Part shown: positions 40,701-52,700 of the stretch, one piece after another | How positions within the stretch are numbered: position 1 is the stretch's first letter | Layout of the letters: each line of letters starts with the position of its first letter | NCBI RefSeq assembly: GCF_009914755.1 | Contig: NC_060935.1 | From: the human T2T-CHM13v2.0 reference genome, Homo sapiens | Strand: one strand, 5' to 3' | DNA length: 64,000 nt | Notes under the pieces: generated by a model | Seen by the model: the letters and a program-made list of their open reading frames with translations, nothing else | What the model was told of the DNA's origin: nothing | The model's database searches: none | Program-made: the position numbers and the translations under genes

Positions 40701-43700
40701 GCCTGCCCTGCCCCCTCCTGGCCAGCCCCCCACCCCCTGCCCTGGTGTTTGCAGGACAAGCCCCTGTCCTCCCTCCAGCCCCTTTTTGGAGCCCCTGTGA
40801 TGCTTGTCTCTTGCAGGGCACCGTGTGTGGCCTGTGTGGGAACTTTGACCACCGCTCCAACAACGACTTCACCACGCGGGACCACATGGTGGTGAGCAGC
40901 GAGCTGGACTTCGGGAACAGCTGGAAGGAGGCCCCCACCTGCCCAGATGTGAGCACCAACCCCGAGCCCTGCAGCCTGAACCCGCACCGCCGCTCCTGGG
41001 CCGAGAAGCAGTGCAGCATCCTCAAAAGCAGCGTGTTCAGCATCTGCCACAGCAAGGTGGGCTGGCCGGGCCATGGTGGGGCAAGTAGGCAGAGGAGGGC
41101 TGTAGGTGGGCTGTGACTGTGGGCTGGGGCCATGGGCGGGGCCGACTAAGCAGAGCAGGGCTGTAGGTGGGCTATAGCTGTGGGCGGGGCCATGGGCGGG
41201 GCCGACTAAGCAGAGCAGGGCTGTAGGTGGACTATAGCTGTGGGCGGGGCATGGCGGGGCTAACTAGGCAGAGCAGGGCTGTAGGTGGGCTATAGCTGTG
41301 GGCGGGGCCATGGGCGGGGCCGACTAAGCAGAGCAGGGCTGTAGGTGGACTATAGCTGTGGGCGGGGCCATGGGCGGGGCCGACTGTAGGCAGAGCAGGG
41401 CTATGGGCTGACTGTGGGCGTGGTGAGGGTGCCGTAGAGCATGCTAATGACCAGGGCGTGGTCATAGCAGGGTAGGGTCTTGGGTGCTCCTGGGGCTGGG
41501 GGGCTTCTCCACATGCTCCCCACACCTTCAGGAGTCGCCCTGCTGCGTCACGCACCACACGGCGCTTGTCCTCCAGCTTTGGCTCTGGCCGCTGCCTCCT
41601 TTGGTCACATGACCGTATAATCGGCCTCCCCTCTGAGACCCTGGGCTGGACCCCCGGCCTCCCTCTGCCTCCCCAGGCTCAGATATTCACCCGGAGGGAG
41701 AAAGGACATGTGTCCCCCATGCCCACACATCCCCAGCTACAGGCAGCTGGGGAGGACGGGTTCTAGGATGGCCATGTTACAGCTGAGGATGCAGAGGGGT
41801 TGGGTGATGGGTCTGCACAGCCACGGCGGGACAGGTGTCTCTGGACCCTCTCCCCAAGGTTGGCCCTGCCGGGGCCCTGGCTGGCTGGTGCTGGGTAATG
41901 TGCCCTGTCCCAGGAGCAGGGCCGGCCTCAGGGTCCTGAGCTCCAGGGCACTGGGGAAGTCCTGGCTCCATGAGGGCAGGACGGGCCCAGGACAGACCAG
42001 GGTGTTCTCCCCAGGTGGACCCCAAGCCCTTCTACGAGGCCTGTGTGCACGACTCGTGCTCCTGTGACACGGGTGGGGACTGTGAGTGCTTCTGCTCTGC
42101 CGTGGCCTCCTACGCCCAGGAGTGTACCAAAGAGGGGGCCTGCGTGTTCTGGAGGACGCCGGACCTGTGCCGTAAGAGCCTGCCCGAACTGCACTCAGGG
42201 CCGGGACGGGGGCTGGGAGGTGCTGTATTGCGGGCCGGGGTGACACTCCTTGTCCATCCAGGTGATGGGTGTGCATCACCCACCCTTTCCCCGACTTCTC
42301 CAGTGTCCTTCTTTGGGGCCCTGTGGGACCCGGGTTGGCAGAGCAAGCTTGATGCGTCTGCGTCCCAGCCCCCGACCCCAGATTCGCCCTCACCCCGGCC
42401 CAGGCCTGAGCCCTCCTGCGTCTGACCCTGGCCCTGTCTCCCCCAAGCCATATTCTGCGACTACTACAACCCTCCGCATGAGTGTGAGTGGCACTATGAG
42501 CCATGTGGGAACCGGAGCTTCGAGACCTGCAGGACCATCAACGGCATCCACTCCAACATCTCCGTGTCCTACCTGGAGGGTGAGCAGGGTGGGGCGGGCT
42601 TCAGCGGGGGTGATGGCCGAGGGGCCTGGAGGCTGAGTGGGGCAGCCCTCGGGAGAGGCAACAGTCCACTGGCCTGGAGGGTGAGCCAGGCGGCCCTCGG
42701 GGGAGGCTACGGCCGACGGGCCTGGCACTGTGGGGCTGAAGGCTGATGTCTGGAGACCCATGGGGACACCCGGAGGGAGGCCTGACCCTCAGGGTACCCA
42801 CAGCCCAGGGCAGCCAGGCTCCCCTTGCTGCAGGATCAGGAGGGAAGCAGGCTATCGTGGAAACTGGGAGTGGCAGGGGTGGGAGGTGCTGAGGTTCGTG
42901 CAGAGCAGGGCGGGTTGGGGAGCATTTCAGGCACAGGTCAGGGGAGGCCCCTGCCGGGTGCTGGTGTCTGAGCTGAGAACCAGTGACGTGAAGGAGGGAC
43001 TGGTGGGAAGTTTGGGAGGAGTATCCCGCCATGGGAGAGGAACATGGGTCTTGGGACTCAGGGCTGCTCGGGGGGCCCGATGAGACTGGGCAGGGCTCCT
43101 CAGCAGGCAGCGTTCAGGGCTCAGTGGGGTGGGGAGATCCAGGCCCTGCCTTTCCAATCCCCGGCCTTCCCAGAGGGGCATCCTGCAGAGAAGGGCCTGC
43201 CAGGGTAGGGACGGTGGGTGGGGTGTGGTGGACTGCGGTGGTCCCAACCCTATGCCCTGTGTCCACCAGGCTGCTACCCCCGGTGCCCCAAGGACAGGCC
43301 CATCTATGAGGAGGATCTGAAGAAGTGTGTCACTGCAGACAAGTGTGGCTGCTATGTCGAGGACACCCACTACCCACCTGGAGCATCGGTTCCCACCGAG
43401 GAGACCTGCAAGTCCTGGTACCTAAGCCCACGTGGCAGGGGGCCTGGGGGAGCTGCACATATGGGCACATGAGTACACACACACGTGTGAGCACACAGTG
43501 TACACAGTACACAGACACACAACCGTTCCACATGGGTGCACATGCACACAAACGCACACAGCATACCACGTGCACACACACGGTCACATGCATGCATGGT
43601 GCACACATGCACACATGAATGGATGCCAACATGCAGGCACACACAGTCACACATGCACACAGCGCACACATGGACACATGCCTAGACGCAGATACCCAGG

Positions 43701-46700
43701 CATACACTCACGGTTACACACTCACGCACATATGCATGGATGCAGACACGCAGGCACACACGGTCATATAGTCATACACCACATGCACACATGCACAGAC
43801 AGACACCCAGGCACACACAGTTACACAGTCACACATGCACACATGCATGGATGCAGACACGCAGGCGCACACACACATGCACAGTGCACACGTACACATG
43901 CCTAGACACAGATACCCAGGCACACACAGTCACACATGCATGGACACAGAGTCACATGTGCACACATACACACGTGTGGACAGACATAGGCACAGTCACG
44001 TGCACACATGCACTCACACTCAGTCACACATGAACATGTGCTCACATGCATGGACACTGACACGCAAGGACACACAGTCACACATGCACACATGCATAGA
44101 CACAGACACCCAGGCACACACAGTTACACAGTCACACATGCATGGATGCAGACACGCAGTCACACAGTCACACATGCACACACTGCACACATGTACACAT
44201 GCCTAGACACAGATATGCAGGCACACACACATAGTCAAACATGCACACATGCATGGACACAAAGTCACACGTGCACACATGCACACATGCATGGACAGAC
44301 ACAGGCACACACAGTCACGTGCACAGATGCACTCACAGTCACACATGAACACATGCTCACATGCACAGACACTGACACGCAGGCACACACAGTCACACAT
44401 GTACACGTGCCTAGACACAGATACCCAGACACACACAATTACACAGTCGCACAGTCACACATGCATGGATGCAGACACACAGGTACACAAGGTCACACAG
44501 TCATATAATGCACACATGCACACATGCATAGATACAGACACCCAGGTACACACTCACGGTGACACAGTCACACATGCACACATGCATGGAGGCAGACACA
44601 CAAGCACACACAGTCACACAGTCACACATGCACACAGGAGCCAGGCTACAGAGGTACCAGTCCCTCACTGCGGCGGGGGGTCTTCTGTTCTCATCCCATC
44701 CTCTGGGTCTGGCTTTTTCCTTCCTCTCCTCGCCCCTGCTCTGTTCCCACAGTTACAACCCAGTGGGGGGCTCTTCCGGAGCTGGCTTTGGGGCAGTGCC
44801 TGGGGGCTTTGGGCTCGGTACTAGCCACATGGGGAAGCTGGGGGTCTGAGCAGCGTGGGCGCGTTGTCAGTGGAGTGGGACTTGTAGCCATGTGCTTGCT
44901 TTGCAGCGTGTGTACCAACTCCTCCCAAGTCGTCTGCAGGCCGGAGGAAGGTAAGCTGCCCTCTGCTGCCAGCCCTGCGGTGGCCGGGCCCATCCTGGGG
45001 AAGCCTGTGGGGCCTTGGATCGGTGGGGGGTGCTGGTCTCCTCCTGGGCTCTGCCCCTTTGGTCCCCCCCCAGCTCAGACCCACCTCCGATGTGTATCAG
45101 CCCTGGGGGGCTGCTGTGACCCATTTTGTTTCTTCTGGGGTGTCGGTGTCCTGTGGGGAATTTCCGTCACCCTCTCCCGTGATCCAGCTTCTGCGTTCTG
45201 ATGAGATTCCCTTTATTCAAAGAGAGGGGCTCTGGGACGGGTGCAGTCTCACTGGAGCATTTCTTAGCTGCTTGTGGGGGCTCGGGCACACCTGGCCTTC
45301 TTCCTATCTTGCTCCTGATGAGGTGATTCTTGGCCTCACCCTCACCCCCAGGAAAGATTCTTAACCAGACCCAGGATGGCGCCTTCTGCTACTGGGAGAT
45401 CTGTGGCCCCAACGGGACGGTGGAGAAGCACTTCAACATCTGTTCCATTACGACACGCCCGTCCACCCTGACCACCTTCACCACCATCACCCTCCCCACC
45501 ACCCCCACCACCTTCACCACTACCACCACCACCACCACCCCGACCTCCAGCACAGGTAAGGCCCCCTGGTTCCCTCCATGCTTCCTCGGGCTCTCACCTT
45601 CCCCTGCATCCAGCATCCAGCACAGAGGGCTCTTTCGGGGGCAGGCCCCGGCCTGGTGCAGCCAGGCTGTGACCCCTGCACACCAGCTGCAGAGTGAGGT
45701 GACAGTGGCATTCCTCTGCACTGAGGTGTGAGGGGGCCTGCCCTGGCTCCCCTGGCCTGGTGCATTGAGATAGTAGCATCCTGACCACATCCCCAAGCCC
45801 AGACCACAGTGGAGGATCACCTGGGGAGATTTCTGAAAACCAGCAGGAAACTATCCCTAAGGGTTAGAGAAATTTTCTTATGTTCCCCTGCGTTTGTTCT
45901 GGTTGAAATCCTAGCTACCACTGAACAAGCCACCAGGGGTATGATAGCCACAGAAAAAAGAAACTTTTTTTTAAAAAGGCAAGATTTTAAAAGATCTTGA
46001 ACTATATAATGATATCCTCTTTTCTTCCTGCTTTATTGCAGTTTTATCAACAACTCCGAGTAAGTGACGGTGATGATATTCATGATGACAAGCAGGGTGG
46101 GAGGAGCAAAGTCTTATAAAATCACCTGCAGGATGCTTCCTTCAGGGCCCAGATGTGAGGCTGGCGGGGCTGGACTCCTCTGCTTATGGACCAAAGATGG
46201 ATGTATTTTGGCCACTTCATTCATGGTTTGCTGAGGCCAGGGGCTAAAGTGAGACCTGATTGGCTGTCGGTGACAATATTGCTGGTTAAGAGTGGAGACA
46301 AAGCCCCTTCCGTCACACTTCCTTACTGGAATGGGAAGCTCTCTTGTTATTGATTCTTTGAAAAAAAAGTATTGAAAATAGCTGAGGAAAGGGTCCATCA
46401 CACCCAGGTGTGGCCCTGGGTGGCCCCGTCTCTTTGGGCTCAGGTTTTCAGTTGCAAAATGAGGATGGAAGTGGTGTCCAGCCCTGAGCTCTCTGGCCCT
46501 GCACTCTGGTTTTTTGGCAATGACAGGGAAAAGAGAGATTGCAGCTGGGGGATGGTCATGGAGGTCCCTGGGTCCTCTGAATCCTGGTGGCTTCCTGGAG
46601 GTGCCTCTCCCCAGGTGTGAGAGACAAGAACTTGGTTTTGCTTCCCTAGAGCTGTGCTGCCTCTGGTCTGACTGGATCAATGAGGACCACCCCAGCAGTG

Positions 46701-49700
46701 GCAGCGACGACGGTGACCGAGAAACATTTGATGGGGTCTGCGGGGCCCCTGAGGACATCGAGTGCAGGTCGGTCAAGGATCCCCACCTCAGCTTGGAGCA
46801 GCTAGGCCAGAAGGTGCAGTGTGATGTCTCTGTTGGGTTCATTTGCAAGAATGAAGACCAGTTTGGAAATGGACCATTTGGACTGTGTTACGACTACAAG
46901 ATACGTGTCAATTGTTGCTGGCCCATGGATAAGTGTATCACCACTCCCAGCCCTCCAACTACCACTCCCAGCCCTCCACCAACCAGCACGACCACCCTTC
47001 CACCAACCACCACCCCCAGCCCTCCAACCACCACCACAACCACCCCTCCACCAACCACCACCCCCAGCCCTCCAATAACCACCACGACCACCCCTCCACC
47101 AACCACCACTCCCAGCCCTCCAATAAGCACCACAACCACCCCTCCACCAACCACCACTCCCAGCCCTCCAACCACCACTCCCAGCCCTCCAACCACCACT
47201 CCCAGCCCTCCAACAACCACCACAACCACCCCTCCACCAACCACCACTCCCAGCCCTCCAACGACTACGCCCATCACTCCACCAGCCAGCACTACCACCC
47301 TTCCACCAACCACCACTCCCAGCCCTCCAACAACCACCACAACCACCCCTCCACCAACCACCACTCCCAGTCCTCCAACGACTACGCCCATCACTCCACC
47401 AACCAGCACTACTACCCTTCCACCAACCACCACTCCCAGCCCTCCACCAACCACCACAACCACCCCTCCACCAACCACCACTCCCAGCCCTCCAACAACC
47501 ACCACTCCCAGTCCTCCAACAATCACCACAACCACCCCTCCACCAACCACCACTCCCAGCCCTCCAACAACGACCACAACCACCCCTCCACCAACCACCA
47601 CTCCCAGCCCTCCAACGACTACACCCATCACTCCACCAACCAGCACTACCACCCTTCCACCAACCACCACTCCCAGCCCTCCACCAACCACCACAACCAC
47701 CCCTCCACCAACCACCACTCCCAGCCCTCCAACAACCACCACTCCCAGCCCTCCAATAACCACCACAACCACCCCTCCACCAACCACCACTCCCAGCTCT
47801 CCAATAACCACCACTCCCAGCCCTCCAACAACCACCATGACCACCCCTTCACCAACCACCACCCCCAGCTCTCCAATAACCACCACAACCACCCCTTCCT
47901 CAACTACCACTCCCAGCCCTCCACCAACCACCATGACCACCCCTTCACCAACCACCACTCCCAGCCCTCCAACAACCACCATGACCACCCTTCCACCAAC
48001 CACCACTTCCAGCCCTCTAACAACTACTCCTCTACCTCCATCAATAACTCCTCCTACATTTTCACCATTCTCAACGACAACCCCTACTACCCCATGCGTG
48101 CCTCTCTGCAATTGGACTGGCTGGCTGGATTCTGGAAAACCCAACTTTCACAAACCAGGTGGAGACACAGAATTGATTGGAGACGTCTGTGGACCAGGCT
48201 GGGCAGCTAACATCTCTTGCAGAGCCACCATGTATCCTGATGTTCCCATTGGACAGCTTGGACAAACAGTGGTGTGTGATGTCTCTGTGGGGCTGATATG
48301 CAAAAATGAAGACCAAAAGCCAGGTGGGGTCATCCCTATGGCCTTCTGCCTCAACTACGAGATCAACGTTCAGTGCTGTGAGTGTGTCACCCAACCCACC
48401 ACCATGACAACCACCACCACAGAGAACCCAACTCCGACACCAATCACCACCACCACTACGGTGACCCCAACCCCAACACCCACCAGCACACAGAGTACAA
48501 CACCAACACCCATCACCACCACCAATACGGTAACCCCAACCCCAACCCCCACTGGCACACAGACCCCAACCCCGACACCCATCACCACCACCACCACTAT
48601 GGTGACCCCAACACCAACAATCACCAGCACACAGACCCCAACCCCGACACCCATCACCACCACTACGGTGACCCCAACCCCAACACCCACCAGCACACAG
48701 AGAACAACACCGACATCCATCACCACCACCACCACGGTGACCCCAACCCCAACACCCACCGGCACACAGACCCCAACCACGACACCCATCACCACCACCA
48801 CCACGGTGACCCCAACCCCAACACCCACCGGCACACAGACCCCAACAACGACACCCATCAGCACCACCACCATGGTGACCCCAACCCCAACACCCACTGG
48901 AACACAGACCCTAACCCCAACACCCATCACCACCACCACTACGGTGACCCCAACCCCTACACCCACCGGCACACAGACCCCAACATCGACACCCATCAGC
49001 ACCACCACTACGGTGACCCCAACACCAACACCCACCGGCACACAGACCCCAACCCTGACACCCATCACCACCACCACTACGGTGACCCCAACCCCAACAC
49101 CCACCGGCACACAGACCCCAACCACGACACCCATCACCACCACCACTACGGTGACCCCAACCCCAACACCCACCGGCACAAAGAGTACAACCCCGACATC
49201 CATCACCACCACCACTATGGTGACCCCAACCCCACCACCCACTGGCACACAGACCCCAACCACGACACCCATCACCACCACCACTACGGTGACCCCAACC
49301 CCAACACCCACCGGCACACAGACCCCAACCCCGACACCCATCACCACCACCACCACGGTGACCCCAACCCCAACACCCACCGGCACACAGACCCCAACAT
49401 CGACACCCATCACCACCAACACTACGGTGACCCCAACCCCAACACCAACCGGCACACCGAGTACAACCCTGACACCCATCACCACCACCACTATGGTGAC
49501 CCCAACCCCAACACCCACCGGCACACAGACCCCAACATCGACACCCATCAGCACCACCACTACGGTGACCCCAACCCCAACACCCACCGGCACACAGACC
49601 CCAACCCCGACACCCATCTCCACCACCACTACGGTGACCCCAACCCCAACACCCACCAGCACACAGACCCCAACCACGACACCCATCACCACCACCACCA

Positions 49701-52700
49701 CGGTGACCCCAAACCCAACACCCACCGGCACACAGACCCCAACCACGACACCCATCACCACCACCACCACGGTGACCCCAACCCCAACACCCACCGGCAC
49801 ACAGACCCCAACAACGACACCCATCAGCACCACCACCACGGTGACCCCAACCCCAACACCCACTGGCACACAGACCCCAACCACAACAGCCATCACCACC
49901 ACCACTACGGTGACCCCAACCCCAACACCCACCGGCACACAGACCCCAACATCGACACCCATCACCACCACCACTACGGTGACCCCAACCCCTACACCCA
50001 CCGGCACACAGACCCCAACATCGACACCCATCAGCAACACCACTACGGTGACGCCAACACCAACACCCACCGGCACACAGACCCCAACCCTGACACCCAT
50101 CACCACCACCACTACGGTGACCCCAACCCCAACACCCACCGGCACAAAGAGTACAACCCCGACATCCATCACCACCACCACTATGGTGACCCCAACCCCA
50201 ACACCCACTGGCACACATACCCCAACCACGACACCCATCACCACCACCACTACGGTGACCCCAACCCCAACACCCACCGGCACACAGACCCCAACCCCGA
50301 CACCCATCACCACCACCACCACGGTGACCCCAACCCCAACACCCACCGGCACACAGACCCCAACATCGACACCCATCACCACCACCACTACGGTGACCCC
50401 AACCCCAACACCCACCGGCACACAGACCCCAACCACGACACCCATCACCACCAACACCACGGTGACCCCAACCCCGACACCCACCGGCACACAGACCCCA
50501 ACCACGGTACTCATCACCACCACCACTACGATGACACCAACCCCAACACCCACCAGCACAAAGAGTACAACCGTGACACCCATCACCACCACCACTACCG
50601 TGACCCCAACCCCAACACCCACCGGCACACAGAGTACAACCCTGACACCCATCACCACCACCACTACGGTGACCCCAACCCCAACACCCACCGGGACACA
50701 GACCCCAACAACGACACCCATCAGCACCACCACCACCGTGATCCCAACCCCAACACCCACCGGCACACAGACCCCAACATCGACACCCATCACCACCACC
50801 ACTACGGTGACCCCAACCCCTACACCCACTGGCACACAGACCCCAACATCGACACCCATCAGCACCACCACTACGGTGACCCCAACAGCAACACCCACCG
50901 GCACACAGACCCCAACCCTGACACCCATCACCACCACCACTACGGTGACCTCAACCCCAACACCCACCGGCACACAGACCCCAACCATGACACCCATCAC
51001 CACCACCACCACGGTGACCCCAACCCCAACACCCACCAGCACACAGACCCCAACATCGACACCCATCACCACCACCACTACGGTGACCCCAACCCCAACA
51101 CCCACTGGCACACAGACCCCAACCACGACACACATTACCACCACCACCACGGTGACCCCAACCCCAACACCCACTGGCACACAGGCCCCAACCCCAACAG
51201 CCATCACCACCACCACTACGGTGACCCCAACCCCAACACCCACCGGCACACAGACCCCAACCACGACACCCATCACCACCACCACTACGGTGACACCAAC
51301 CCCAACACCCACCGGCACACAGTCCCCAACCCCAACAGCCATCACCACCACCACTACGGTGACCCCAACCCCAACACCCACCGGCACACAGACCCCAACC
51401 ACGACACCCATCACCACCACCACCACGGTGACCCCAACCCCGACACCCACCGGCACACAGAGTACAACCCTGACACCCATCACCACCACCACCACGGTGA
51501 CACCAATCCCAACACCCACTGGCACACAGACCCCAACATCGACACCCATCACCACCACCATTACGGTGACCCCAACCCCAACACCCACCGGCACACAGAC
51601 CCCAACCCCGACACCCATCACCACCACCACTACGGTGACCCCAACCCCAACACCCACCGGCACACAGACCCCAACAACGACACCCATCAGCACCACCACC
51701 ACGGTGACCCCAACCCCAACACCCACCGGCACACAGACCCCAACATCGACACCCATCACCACCACCACCACGGTGACCCCAACCCCAACACCCACCGGCA
51801 CACAGACCCCAACCCCGACACCCATCACCACCACCACCACGGTGACCCCAACCCCAACACCCACCGGCACACAGACCCCAACATCGACACCCATCACCAC
51901 CACGACTACGGTGACCCCAACCCCAACACCCACCGGCACACAGACCCCAACCCCGACACCCATCACCACCACCACCACGGTGACCCCAACCCCAACACCC
52001 ACCGGCACACAGACCCCAACATCGACACCCATCACCACCACCACTACGGTGACCCCAACCCCAACACCCACCGGCACACAGACCCCAACCACGACACCCA
52101 TCACCACCACCACCACGGTGACCCCAACCCCAACACCCACTGGCACACAGAGTACAACCCTGACACCCATCACCACCACCACCACGGTGACACCAACCCC
52201 AACACCCACCGGCACACAGACCCCAACATCGACACCCATCACCACCACCACTACGGTGACCCCAACACCCACCGGCACACAGACCCCAACCCCGACACCC
52301 ATCTCCACCACCACTACAGTGACCCCAACCCCAACACCCACCGGCACACAGACCCCAACCATGACACCCATCACCACCACCACCACGGTGACCCCAACCC
52401 CAACACCCACCGGCACACAGACCCCAACAACGACACCCATCAGCACCACCACCACGGTGACCCCAACCCCAACACCCACCGGCACACAGACCCCAACATC
52501 GACACCCATCACCACCACCACTACGGTGACCCCAACCCCAACACCCACCGGCACACAGACCCCAACCACGACACCCATCACCACCACCACCACGGTGACC
52601 CCAACCCCAACACCCACCGGCACACAGAGTACAACCCTGACACCCATCACCACCACCACCACGGTGACACCAACCCCAACACCCACCGGCACACAGACCC

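Noticed and set aside
43325-44849. His/Thr- and Cys/Val-rich ORFs
   Set aside because: Translations of the intronic CA-rich repeat
46514-46649. Upstream extension and ATG of the 3,089-aa ORF
   Set aside because: Intronic read-through; the real exon starts at the ccctag| acceptor (46650), in phase with exon 29
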